The notes: a model not told the origin generated them from the sequence alone. Positions 37,609 through 50,546 are shown, counted from the first letter of the stretch. The stretch is DNA of 64,000 bases from Oopsacas minuta (GCA_024704765.1 JAKMXF010000316.1:186001-250000), one strand, 5' to 3'. Program-made: numbers and translations.

Positions 37609-38988
37609 TAGCTCTACTTTGAGATGATAACATGCACATCGAATTAAAGTCAAGAGAATCATAGAATAGCCTATATCACAAAACCATAAATTTTGGGAAT
37701 AAGACGATAAGATAGTGTAAATCATAAAAATTTTCCACGAAGTGCAATTTCTCACTCAATAACATAAGTTATTAAGTATCTGAAACAAAATTGGAGAAAA
37801 TTCAGGCAAGGTTTCCTAAACATGCGCGGTATTTTCACGATTTTAACCATCAATTCAAATCTCATTCTACCAGTTCGTTTCTTGGCATATTCTTAACAGT
37901 ATTCTACAATTTTATGCCCCGAAGTCAAAATCTGGTGTGTGTGTGTGTAATATTATGTTACAAATGCTCAAATAATAATTTCCCTTTGATCAAATTCACT
38001 CTAAGTTGGCTCATCTTTTGTTTATCCGAACAATAATCGATATTTTGGAGTTAATAAAGACTTAGAATGGCAGTGGTGTAGAAATAAATTTGTAACAATG
38101 GGACACCACTTAGAGGAGATTACTAATAATAATTTCATATCTGAATGTGGTCCATAGGAATCACTCTACATTTATTAAGTTGTAATATTTCGTTAATCTA
38201 GCTTTAATTTTGATTAGTCCAATAGTTATTATCATTACAGATACTTTTGGTCCTCTCTAATTATTCAGTTCTCCAATTATCCAGGTTCTCTAATTGTCCG
38301 CTGGTGATAATTATAGAGACAAACTGTAATGATGATTAAAATATGCGAATTATACCAATTCACAGTAAATATAATATCGCTATCAGTATTTACATATAGT
38401 TGTAATAATTCCAATATATAAATCAAAATAATAGAAACCAGCGGAATTGTTGGCGAATTGAGACCGTGGAATGCAAAAAGTATTAAAGTAAAATTTGGAG
38501 CATTCGATTATCTCGGAATACTCTAGCTTGAAGAAAAACATAGAATAATTCAGCGGCGGTGATGAGAAACAAGTTGGTATATACCTCAAAATATCATAGC
38601 CTACAGAAAGTTCGCTCATATATATGTATTGCATGCAAATCGTGAAATTGCCCATTTCATGCATTGGGCAAACAAATTGCTCAATGGGTGAAATGGGCAA
38701 TTGTATTGTCCATTTCATTGAATAGATATTTGGTTACTCATTTCATGTAATGGTCTTTCAAATTATTGTACACTTCATGAAATGTGCAATGCTGTTGTCT
38801 TAGTAACATGTTAATCATATATAATCAATTTTCAACACCAATTATGATTACACTCTTCCTTATTGAATATAATGTTGTCTTAATAACACTTAGTTATGAG
38901 TGCATATCAAAGCATTCTTCATTTATAAATTATCTCAATTCGGCAACATCAATGCTTTTGTTTTTCTCTTTGGTGAATTAATCATAGA

Positions 38989-39643
38989 TATGGAGGAGAT
39001 AGTGGCAGAAAATCAAACTCCATGGGATAGGAATTATGAAAAATACGTCGTCGATGTCTTGAGACGTGGAAAAACGGAGAATCTCATCCAAGAGAATGTT
39101 ATAATATATTGAATGTTTATTCCTTAGTATCTATTGGATCTGTTGCTAAGGTTACTAAGCGGAATGGAAAATACATGGCAACAAAGGAGGAAGTTATTAA
39201 TGTGATATTTTCTATGCATATCGCAACAGGCCATGGAAGTGAAAAGAAAACTCACAAAAAGATACAAGATAAATTTGCTAATATCTCGCGTTACCTTGTC
39301 CAGGAATTTATAAAACGTTGCGAAAGATGTGCAGAGAAGAGAGCAAACGAGAGACTGCTTCGGGCGTAGTTATACGTCCTCTAACAGTGAAAGACTTAAG
39401 TGAACGTGGCCAGGTGGATCTTGTTAATATGCAAACTATCCAAGATGGTAATTTCAGATTTATATTACATTACATGGAATATCTAACAAAATTCCATGTT
39501 ATTCGTCCTCTACAAAGAAAAACAGCTACAGAAGTTGCAAATCAATTGCTTCTGATTTTCCTAGACTTTGGAGCACCAAATATCTTACAATCAGATAATG
39601 GTCGTGAATTTACGGGACAAGTGATTCAAGAACTTTCAACTCT
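38989..39643 (+). pseudogene. GIN/Ginger2-type (KRBA2/SCAND3-like) integrase, frameshifted, truncated by an assembly gap
   Basis: H..TGHG...C..C zinc motif, RGQVDL, YLTKF..IRPL..KTA.EVA..LL.IF..FGAP.ILQSDNGREF. Confidence 0.88.
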
Positions 39644-39672
39644 NNNNNNNNNNNNNNNNNNNNNNNNNNNNN
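39644..39672. other. Assembly gap (29 N)
   Basis: Run of N. Different elements are truncated on each side. Confidence 0.99.
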
Positions 39673-40472
39673 GTTGAAAGCAAGCGTTGAATGGTCAGAC
39701 TAAGGATAGAATGGTAAGAGACGCAAGTCCCAATTGACAATGCTTCGGGGTCTCTAACTATTTCCATTTCATTTATTAGGCTTATTTCCCTACGATATTG
39801 CGAGACAAGCTTATAGGAAGGAAGCTTAACATCACCTTTGAGAATTCTTTTCAGATTCGTGTATTAACTCGCCCCAATTTCTAAACTGTCCAATATATAA
39901 GCACATTTAGAGATTTGTACTTTGTTCAATACACCGCTAAAAGATCCCTAATCAATTATTTCTCTGCACATGTCTGAAGTATCACGGTAATAGGATTTAT
40001 TTGAGACTAATTCTAAAGCTAGAGCGAGTAGTTGTTTAGGCTCAATCATTTCTCTCTCTACTAAAAAGTCCACATGCTCTAAAAGAACACCAAGTCTTGA
40101 TCTGGAAGTCTTCATGTGACATTCGAGAATATGCTTCCGGGATTCAGTTACAATCTGTTCTGAAAAGTTTCGATTTTCAGAATCAGTGACTAAAGAAAAT
40201 TCAGGATCAAGCGATATTCTCTTTCTTGGATTGGATATTGTTAGATGAGTAGAGTAGAAAATCATATTATCCCATGTTTCAAGATCCTTCCTGCGGTAAG
40301 CCTCTCTGGATGTTAGAAGTGATTTAAATTTTAAATGGAGAGTAGCAGTTTCTTCATCGGATAAATGGTTGTTCTCAATAAGCTTCTTAACAGAGACTAT
40401 AAAACTTCTGCCATTCGAAATATACAAATTATATGCCTCATTATTCGTGATTTGTACAGACATGATCCGCAA
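39673..40472 (-). pseudogene. RAG1-core-like / Transib transposase, N-terminal part (NBD-like and DDBD-like), 2 in-frame stops, cut by the gap
   Basis: RKHILECHMKTSRSRLGVLLEHVDFLVERE..KQLLALALELV resembles the RAG1 NBD ([30 protein letters not shown]). Continues CAYILDSLEIGAS*YTNLKRIL..LPSYKLV and SYHSILSLTIQRLL, as in Transib. Confidence 0.7.
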
Positions 40473-41149
40473 AAGGGCTACTTTAACATAGAAACATTAT
40501 GATATGTGATTGTAGGGTATTGGAATAACTAATAACCAGCAAAATATAGAATTTTACTGAAAAAATTTAAATCGTATGAAAAATATATATTTCGGATTTT
40601 TGTCCGGTCTGGACAATGAATGACGTGATAAATTTTTGGGCAGCTTTTGGCAAGCCTGGAAAGTGATTAAATAGTTGACTAAATATAGCAACATTACGTA
40701 TATATTAACAGCGTTTTGTCAAATTTTGTCAAACAAGAGATGCTACACTTCAATCAATGAGAAAAATTCCATATTATAACTTTGGGAGGGCCAAACTAGA
40801 CACCCGGAAAAAGTACAAATGAATATCTAGACTAACCTATCAATGATTAAATTGTTGTTATAATATAGATTTATTATAAGATGTTTTTCACTCTGATATT
40901 TAGTATTTAAGTCAAATATGATTACTTGCATTACGGCATAGGAATTTACGGTTTGAAAATATATTTCTATTATTAGAAACACATAACAAAGTTGTGCGTA
41001 GTTAGGATTCCTAACTGCTTCTAATGCTGCCAATGATATTTTCGTACTAATTGAACTATGGAGAATTCGAAAAATGCATTGAAATATGTTTTTTCAAATA
41101 TGCCTATAGAATTGCGAAGTACAACAAAATTTACAATACAATACACACA

Positions 41150-41310
41150 CCAGCTTGAGAATCAGGTATTCTCGGAATATGCGGGCGCTCTTATAAAGAT
41201 TTCTGAATAAGAACTTATAAAGGTTCTAAACTAGAACCTTGCGGCACTCCAATTTCGGCGGCAAATGTTCTCATTGTGCCAAGCCCACGAACTGCTCCAA
41301 GTTTCTCTTC
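41150..41310 (-). mobile_element. Non-LTR retrotransposon reverse transcriptase fragment
   Basis: IGVPQGSSLEPL motif at about 41215-41255. Confidence 0.6.
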
Positions 41311-41473
41311 ATACTAATCCATAATAGTATTTTAGATCGAAATTGTATAGATTCTCAACAAATTATATGTTACGATTAAAGATTACGAACTTACACAAAC
41401 ACAACTTCACAGATCACAACCTCCTGTGTCGTTGGGGAACAGACTCATGTCAATTCAAATTCAATCTCACATA

Positions 41474-42808
41474 CAGTCTCTTACATAATAATTCGAAATT
41501 TTAATATACTTTGAAAATATACCATAACTTAATAGAATCATTGTGTATTTGAAAGTGAATACATATTTTGAATTGTATAATAGTACATACGTAATTCGAT
41601 TGTTTTATTTTGTTCAATTAATCAACTTCTCGAACATTTCTCTCTTCTGTAATAATTGTTGTGACGTCATTTCGTATTATTCGTAAGTTTACCATTTATC
41701 TTCTCTTGTCTTAAGTATTAGCTATTTCAGATGGCACAATTGGATAAGAGAAATACTATCAAGTTATTACTAGAAGCTAACAGCCATAGCTCAAAAGAAA
41801 TTGCTCAAACTGTTCATGTAAGCTTGTCTACTGTATATTATTTAAAGGCCAAACTAGAAAAAGGAAATGATATCTCCCATCAAAAAGGAGCTGGAAGGCC
41901 ATGCTAATTGAGAAATAGGATTAAACAGTCTATTAGCCAACAAATAAGACAAAAACCATACTTGTCACTAAGAACATTGGCAAGTAGAGCTCCTATACCT
42001 GTATCCTACCAGACTGTACGCCGAGCCTTAGTCGATTCCAAATATTCTAAGAAATATCCCACAAAAGTACTTATGCTGAGTGAAACAAATCGATTTTATC
42101 GTGTCCAATTGGCAAAGAAGTTTAAATACCCCAAAAGCAATGGGCCAAGACTGTTTTTGCTGATGAAATGTCGATTTGGCTGTCCAGGGGTCGAATGAAG
42201 ATGTGGACAAAAGCCGATCAGAAAAGATTTGTCCCCACCACTAAACATACTCCAAAAATAAATGTTTGGGGGCATTCTCCTCCATTGGAACTTTCCATTT
42301 GTGCATATTTACAACTAATATGGACAGTTCATTATTCCTAGACATACTTCAAGGTCATCTCCTAACTCAGGCCGAAGTTTTCCATGGAAATGATTGGCAA
42401 CTAGTAATGGATAACGATCCTAAGCATACAGCGACAAAGGTTAAGAATTGGTTGAGTACTAATTTACCAAAAGTACTTCCGTGGCCATCACAAAGCCCCG
42501 ATCTCAATCCTATTGAAAATCTGTTCGCGTGGGTTAAGCAAGATTTAACTAAGCAAGGCCCAAAGACAATTTCAAAGCTGAAGAAAATGCTGGAAATTAC
42601 CTGGAGCAGGCTAGAATCAAATTTTCTAGAGCCATATTGGTCTTCAATGCCACGTAGGTGTCAAATAGTCATTACTCAAGAGGTCTACCAATTAAATATT
42701 GATTATACACCTCTTGAGAATATTTTAGTCAATTTTAGTATTGTGTAAGAGTAAATCCGATCGTATGATAAACTAATCCATGATTCCAAATAATTAAGTA
42801 ACAGACTG
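41474..42808 (+). mobile_element. Tc1 (DD34E) transposon, disrupted; related to 21325-22658
   Basis: TIRs CAGTCT(C/G)TTAC(A/T)TAAT, TA TSD. ATG at 41731. Motifs FADE, MDNDPKH, WPSQSPDLNPIENL. Confidence 0.9.
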
Positions 42809-43706
42809 TATGTTGATTTATTCAACACACCTTCATCCTCCCATTATATCTCAATGACACAGTAATTTCTCTAAGACCGAAGAATTCAATATTACAAGAA
42901 AGTAAATTTCAGGTAATGAGATTCAATGGTTGTGTTGAGTAATATAAATATTTATGGAAATATCTCTAGATTAGATAACAAGACAAAAATAACTAATTGA
43001 ACGGATAGACAATTTAGAACAATAGTTCGTACAGTTACGTTACAGGTAAGACAAATTTGTGAGAGTTTTAAATAAGTACAACATTTGTGTTCGTGTGTGT
43101 ATTTGGAGTGTACTATAAATAATAAAAAAATATCAAGTATTTCTTTCTCGCAACTTGACTACCTAAAGGAATTAGGGATGGACAAATCTGATATAGATCA
43201 GCCAACATTGGACCATTTAGTAGGGAGACTACGTTAATTAAGAAGCAAAGGGTCCATTAAAACAACATTAACATAAATTACTGGATTATTTAATTAATGA
43301 TCTTCTATGATGCATTCCAGGTCTAAATGGAAGTGAAAATTCTGATTAACTTAATTGGGAATTAATTAATTACATTTTTCCCGCTATATCAATACTTTGA
43401 TCGTCATTGATATAAGCACTTAACTTTGCAACTATTTACAGATGAATACTAATCAACATTTACAAGAAGAGTGGGTGGTCGCAGACCTGGTGGGCGGAAA
43501 CCAGGGCGTGGTGGCTATGGCCACCCTTATTAACTAACTTGGTAAGAACATATGAGAACATAGTAATGGTGAGTACACATTGTAATCACAATCTATATAA
43601 ATCAACCGCTCACCACATATTTCAATTTAGAGCGAAGATGGGAGCCGCCAGAGGGCGGAAAGGAGGGGACACAACTTCTTCGCTGCCGGAGGAGCCTCAA
43701 CATCAT

Positions 43707-43707
43707 C

Positions 43708-43805
<98 letters not shown>
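43707..43805 (+). repeat. (CAA)33 trinucleotide microsatellite
   Basis: Perfect CAA run of 99 bp followed by degenerate CAA/GAA/CCA units up to about 43860. Confidence 0.97.
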
Positions 43806-44039
43806 ACAACCACAAGAACCACCAAGAGCACAACTAGAACAAGAACCACAACAACAACCTATGTGAGGTGTCTGTGTCTGAATTTCGTATTTGTTTAGTT
43901 CGTGTTGGGAATATTGTATAAAAGTTAAATATATCTTAGAATCAATTAAACAGCTTAAATGTAGAAAAATTGGGTATTAAGGAATTAATTTAACACTAAA
44001 TTGTTGAGGTTGTAGCATAAAGTTATAGAGGGTATTGGG

Positions 44040-44813
44040 AGCATGCTCCCAATACATCTCGAGTTAAATTTTAATAATGTCAAATATCAATAATTTAATC
44101 TCACAGTATAGAGAAAGAACTCAATTGATCTTCCTGATTTTGCATATTCAAGTTTCTCAAATGTACGTTAATTGTGGTTTTATGAATAAAAAGTTAACGA
44201 ATTTCAAAATTGAGATAGAATCATACTTTCAACGACTATCCTGGGGTAATAGAGTATGCTTAGTCTGAATATGATATTGTAAACAACATTTTGTGAATAT
44301 TTGTTTACTTTTAGGTACATAATGTAAACAAATTTCAAAATTGAGGTAGAATCATACTTTCAACGACGATACTGTGGTAATCAAGCATGTGGAGCACGAA
44401 TATGGTATTGTAAACAACATCAATATAAATAAATCTCAATTGTTGATTATCAGTGTATTTTCCGTTGATATGTAATATATTGTTGGATTTATGAATTGGC
44501 TTGCTCCAGATGGCTACACGGGGCCACACAGTACACTGAATCCGAATTTTGAATTATCAAATTCATATATGTGAATGAATTGTTGTTTTAATGAATATAC
44601 AAGAAATAAATTGGCAAAATCTCAAATTTACGTAGATAATTGATCTCAACGGCCTCTAAAGGGCTTATATCTTACAAATTAATTCAATAATATACATTCC
44701 ATATATGTATTTTTGTGAATTATATTGTCCTAACTCTATCTATATTATAACCAAAAGCCAGTAAATCTGGCTGCCTCGAGGGCAATGCGAAGAGATCATC
44801 GCGAAGCAACTAG
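44040..44813 (+). mobile_element. Second copy of the Helitron-like repeat family (tandem subunits of about 130 bp)
   Basis: Two tandem AAATTTCAAAATTGAG(A/G)TAGAATCATACTTTCAACGAC units. Ends CCTCGAGGGCAATGCG..CGCGAAGCAACTAG. Confidence 0.45.
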
Positions 44814-44829
44814 CTGTCCGATCGTAGCG

Positions 44830-46330
44830 AGCCCTGATCGGCTTGGAAGTTGTTTCATACATCTGCAAGCACTCATTAGAGTGCTATGATTTGGTATCCT
44901 GGCAACAGCTTCTGCCTTGGGCCCTCCGTTGCCATTTTGCATACCCGATTTGATAGTGTCCAGTAACAGGTGAATGTAAATCCAATACCTTAGCCTCCAT
45001 AATGTAAAACGTTCCATTCTTCTCTACAGATTGATTCATCAATGTATCTCCGACTCAGTTTAGTGGTTAGATTCAAGTTTCTGAGACCTATCTAATATCC
45101 AGTGTATCTTTAAGCTATTTCACATGGCTGACTGGCACGTGAGGTGACAAAATGTACTTATGGAAAGGAAATAAAGCAGATGCACAAATTTGGTGGAGTC
45201 GACGGGGGTAGAAATTTCGTATGCCATGTTCAAGAGACCGGCAGCATTCACACGAATCTTGACATCGTTAGAATAATTTGGGACCTCGTCAAAAAAGGTG
45301 ACTATCCTTTTGTAGTTGAAAATATCGAATCGAGGCTTGCCTGTGTAATGAAAAATCGAGTGCGACATAGTGGGCCAATAGCTCCACATCCGTACTTTGT
45401 TCTGTCTCATCTTCTGCAATCAACTCATAATATAGCTCTGGGTTGGTTCGTGTGCACTAGGACCTCAGGTTAAGTTTGGCACTGTGCATGCAAGATTTTT
45501 CTGAGAACATGGGGAAATTCGATTACAGTAGCGAATACGTCAACTTTCTAAGCCCATGCTTGATAACCAGTTCAAGCATGTGCCATTGTTGTATGAAAAT
45601 ATTGATTTGATTGAATTTCTGTAACTCTTGTTCGGACCTCAGTGAGGTGTCCTTCGTCATGGATCCAAATCATACCATTGGTCCAGGCAGGATTTTATCT
45701 TAAGCGACCCTTTGCTTATGTTTCCCAACATACTGACGGGCAGGCCTGTTAAAGTGTCAGCGGTGTCCTTGGTATTATATAAACGATAAAATATTCCGAA
45801 ACTTCAACATCCCAAGAGACTGTTCTTAGGACGATAGCCACTTGCTCAACTGTTGCACAGCCAGTGGTCTCATTCATAATTGCTGACACTCACCAATGTT
45901 CTGAGAACCTCATTACCAGAGACCCAATGAGAAGTTGAATCGCTTTGTATAAGTATTTTTCGAGAGAAGCAGAAAACTTCTAATCCCTGTCTTTCTAGTA
46001 ATTTACCGTTTGAATAATGGTACGAATAGCCAATGGTTTTCTATTTACTGTTCGCTGAACTGATCCGTCAACTGGTTCCAGATAGAATATTCTTGGCAAA
46101 TTCAACTCACAAATCTCAGAGCCTGCCAAAGACTGGAGTTATCCTGCTCCCTCGACCTTCCCCATACACTCCATACTTTCTCATACAAGTACTCGATTAC
46201 ATCACTTGCTTGGCTCCTTGTTCTTCATGCAGATTGATGGGACCGTCTTTAGCCCTCTTTCAAATGCCTCAGAAAGCTTTTTCAAATGCAGGATTAAGCT
46301 CGATCCATGGAATGTCGAGTTAACATAAGG
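44830..46330 (-). mobile_element. hAT (ZMYM1/P52rIPK-like) transposase remnant
   Basis: AIMNETT..ATVEQVAIVLRTV, FNYKRIVTFFDEV...KIRVNAAGLL and AKVLDLHSPV in the expected order. Confidence 0.7.
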
Positions 46331-46529
46331 GATTAAAATGACGAGACATAGCAAGTAATCAATATTATATCTGATCCAAGGTTACATTGTAACATGGATT
46401 TAAGGAAGAAGGTACGACCAAGATAATTCTAAAAATACATCAATTTAAATAATATTTAGGTCATTTCAAACTACGGATCACCCCCCCCATCACATTGACA
46501 ATAAGGTATAACTGACATGTAATAAAATC

Positions 46530-46825
46530 ATTGATTTCAAAATAGTCCTTTTGATAAGAATATAATCCTCTAACCAGTCTATCCATTAATGAAATGTCCT
46601 TTTCTACTTCGTCTGTGGGATCGATTCAAGGTACTTATTTATCGCAAAATCGATCTCCATCCGAACTGTGAACTCCTTGCCAAAGAGGTGTCCTATAAGC
46701 TTGGAAACAACCAAAAGTCAGAAGGACTTAAGTCAGGAGAGTAAAGAGGGTGATGGAGTGTTTGTATCTTCATATCATCGATGTATGCGACTATCTGCTT
46801 AGTTTTATGGTTACTTGCAGTATCA
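46530..46825 (-). mobile_element. mariner C-terminal fragment
   Basis: HCDTASNHKTKQIVAYID..LHHPLYSPDLSPSDFWLFP. Confidence 0.8.
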
Positions 46826-49320
46826 CAGTGTTTCTCAAACTGGAGGTAGCGGAACATTATAAGAGGTTGGCGAGATACAATTCATCTCTGAAAGAACACC
46901 CGGAAGTTTACTAAATAATATTACCAAGTTCTTTTTAAAGTATATTCTTTACTCCTTTTAGTTAAAAGTGTAAATAAATATAGGATTCTCTAATATTAAT
47001 AGATACGCTTTGAGTTGTTCTTTTCACCTCGGTTGTAATTTCTCGGCTTCTTGATCAAAATATACATCATATATATTACTTCTTGAAAAATATGTACATC
47101 GTACTTGTATGAATAGTTTCACAGTATCATGAAAAATTAAATTCCATTCAATCTAAAATCTAAATAGTCAAAAGTGATCGCCATACAACCCAAAAAAGCG
47201 AAAATATATGGACAGTTATATTGAATTATGGGTTTAATATGGTTGACATGCAATTAGGAGAAATCAATAAAACCGAGTAAATCCAAACGACACTTGGAAA
47301 TTCATCCTGAGTATTTAGAAAAAGATCCTTCATTATTATATAAAAAGGAAAATAATTACAATTGTCAAGACTGGAAACAATAGGTGCATATTGCAAACAA
47401 TCATTTGCTTATATTAAGCTTCATATGCTGTTTCGCTACGAAATTCGCTACCAATGGATATGATCCGATATGTTTTTAGGACATAAGAATGCTAGCAAGT
47501 GATCATCAATTCTCTTATCTAACGACACAATTGATAGGCGTACTTCTGAGATATCCAATAATATTTGTTGCCAGTTGTTAACAGTTAGAGTCAAGCAGTT
47601 ATAAAATGTTCTCCTCATAGGTTGATGACTCAACTGATGTTTCTTTATGCTCAGAAAATTAGGTACGTTCGTTATGTATCTGGGAAAATTTATGGCTATG
47701 TCGCGAACTTCAAGATATGTCGATTGATTGATAAATATTTCAAGAGAATGGAATTGAGTGTAAGAATGTGTGGAATTTGTAGCGAGGGTACAGTAGTAAT
47801 ACTTGGCTCACGTTCTGAATTTCAAAATTAAAGGAAAGAACACCACAAGTCACAGGTATACATTGCATGATCCATAGTAAGCACTTTGGTTGTAAAACAA
47901 TGCAACCACAGTTTTTGACAGTGATAACATCAGTCATTAAGAGTCAATTTTACCAAACCGAGTGCGTCTAACACTCGCATTTTCAGGTAACATTGTGAAA
48001 AACTGACTGCTAGCCATCAGAATCCACTTTTCCACGTACAAGTACATTAACTTCATTAAAAGAGTTGTAGAGTTGCCTTCCAAGATAAAATATTCCCTGA
48101 TGAAGATAGCAAACATGAATTTTGGCACAAATCAATCATCCAAAAAGTCTTGGGCGTATTAGTGTACCTCGAGGATATATTTGAACGCATCAATACATTG
48201 AATCTCTCACTTCAGGGGAAGGAAAAGTACACAAATATTTGAGTGAAATACTCAAAAGTTTCCGAATGAAAATTCACTATTGGTAAAGACAAATTAACTA
48301 AGGAAATATACTTATGTTTGAAAAATGGCCGAATATTCGAAAATATAGATACAGTGGAAACAGCTTAATCGGGACAGCTCGGGAGTCAATGTTTTGTCCC
48401 GTTAACCGATTGTCCCGATAAACCGAATATGATATATCTAAGTATTCAAAACTAGTTTTTATAGTCTCAGATCATAACCAGAAATATCGTATTACACTAC
48501 TACAAAATCCTAATTTATATAGGGAGTGGAGCAAATATAATATAATCTTGGTTTGTAAATTGTAAACGAATCGGCGTTGTATTGTCATGGGTGTAGAATA
48601 TTAAAATTCCTACTTTTAACAACAAACCATATTACAATGATTCTGTATAAATGTACAATAGTTTAATTAGGATAAAATCCAATTAAACGAGCATAATTTT
48701 CATATTCGGTAAATCGGGACAAGAATTCCCAATTAATTTATTATGAACCATGAAATAATCGGTCAATCAGGATAAAAAATCAACTAACAGATTCGATATC
48801 TCAATTATTCCACGAATTTCTATGTAAGAAATCTGTTCCCAAAGATTTATCCCATTTAAGCGGATATCTCGATTATCCAAGTCCCGATTTTCGGCTTCCA
48901 TTATACTGAATTGGATAATGATATGAAGACTATAATCTCGGAACACACTGGAAGAATAATTTTCGCATTATTATCCTGAGCGGGAGTATTCAGCAGATTT
49001 GAAATCATTAAAATCCTTTTACTACATCTCTCGAAGCAATTGCAGGTAAATATGATTGGTCACAGGATGGATTGATACATCTCAATAGTGATGTATTCTT
49101 TTGGTACTCAATGGAGGATACCTATCCTATTCTAAACAAAAGTATCCTTAAATTATGTGGCCTTTCTCCGGGACCTACCTTTTAGAATCAGGTTTTTCAA
49201 TTCTGTTACAAATTATAACCAGCATTAGAAACAAATTAAAGGTCGAATATGATCATCGCTGTGCACTGGCAAGCAAGAAGCCGGAAATTCAGGATATTGT
49301 TGAATAAAAGTAACTACATT
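46826..49320 (+). mobile_element. hAT Buster/SPIN-like (ZBED5-like) element, degenerate, right TIR missing
   Basis: Left end CAGTGTTTCTCAAAC. Motifs LSNDTIDRR, VDDSTDVS, YLEDIFERINTLNLSLQGK, ESGFS..RNKLKVEYDHRCAL. Confidence 0.8.
48352..48903. mobile_element. pogo-type MITE nested in the hAT element
   Basis: CAGTGGAAACAGCTTAATCGGGAC and GTCCCGATTTTCGGCTTCCA ends. Same family as 21156-22995. Confidence 0.7.
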
Positions 49321-49339
49321 ATATTAACATTTCATCTAT

Positions 49340-49860
49340 GATGACAACCTCATACAGCCGGCATACACAACATTTTTTCGAACTGTTCATTACAACATTC
49401 TAGCATCTGAATGCGTATCGGGACTCACCGATCGCAAACTCTTCTAAATCTGAGAACATTGATTAGAATACGATAAATGTTTCCCGTTTAGACCCCAGTA
49501 TATCTGGAAATCTCTTCAATCGAGCAAAAAGGATCATATCGAAGAAACTCGTCCACAAACGCAATTGAATTACCACACATAGAAAGATGTAGGTCGACCA
49601 GTCCGAGGCTCATTTCTGTCTGTCTCCACCCTCACTAAATAGCTGAGCCCATTTTCATACTGTGGAGTAAGCAAAACTTGGTCACCATATACTTGTAAAA
49701 GTTCATAAAAGATGTTGTTGCTAGAGTATTCCAGAACCTTACGAAATTGATGTATGCTCTTTGCTATTGTTCGATTATTGAATATTTTGAAGCAATTATT
49801 TAGACAAAACAAACCAAATGTAACTAAAATATTTCTAAAAATCATTGGCTATATTTCTGT
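49340..49860 (-). mobile_element. mariner N-terminal fragment
   Basis: NRTIAKSIHQF, ELLQVYGDQ, NEPRTGRP and R.VCDR*VP remnants. Confidence 0.65.
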
Positions 49861-50546
49861 GAATAAGAGATGTACCATACTATTTGATTTGAATGAATGG
49901 AAAAATTTCATTGATAATAAATGACACTATCTATAGTGATCAGTAATGATGTTATGATCCAAATAGTATTACTGCAGATTCAGCGACTAGTTATGACAAA
50001 ATTGTGGTAAAAAAGAAGTGTCAAATGATTTAAGAAATGTATAATGGCGTGGTCCCAATAGTTGTATCGAGGTACACAGCTTGCACTTTTGGCTAAGGTA
50101 AAGTTTGAGCCTATGTAGATAATGATAAATATCCAAAGGAAGTCAAAAGGCGCCGGTCATATGACATCAATACCGGGTAAAATCCATGCATATGTGACTG
50201 GCATACAGAGGGCGAAATTTCTCATCTATTATATTCTAGCAATAGCACTTCTTGCCCTGACGCATATAAAAAGAATCAGAAAGTTTGTAAGGCGTATGAA
50301 GTATGCACCTAAGAACATGGATGAAACAATGGATACATGATTCAGGAATCAGAGGTAGTCTAAATACTTCAATTTACACAAAACATCGCAACAATGCTAT
50401 TAGTATTGCCAAAAGAAAGCAAACGCCTAAACTAACAAGAGTACTAGAGATCTATGATAGAAACGAACTAGTAATCTAATAGCAACCAATAAATACCATA
50501 AATCACCTAGGCGGGCTGTAGTAAAATGGATCTAATGAGAACTCAC

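Noticed and set aside
38383-38718. 111-codon minus-strand ORF as a missing CFAP46 exon
   Set aside because: The flanking exons are already colinear without it, and I recognise no motif. Left unassigned.
39633-39680. 8-bp inverted match (CTTTCAAC / GTTGAAAG) across the N-gap
   Set aside because: Too short, and it lies in two unrelated coding remnants. Likely coincidence or a scaffolding effect.
43602-43833. PolyLeu and polyVal ORFs on the minus strand
   Set aside because: Artefacts of the (CAA)n repeat read in other frames.
44830-45010. R2/REL-type non-LTR retrotransposon C-terminus
   Set aside because: The same frame fits the hAT C-terminal region (AKVLDLHSPV) and is colinear with the hAT remnant upstream.
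46824-46830. CACAGTG as an RSS
   Set aside because: It is the start of the hAT terminus CAGTGTTTCTCAAAC plus flanking bases.
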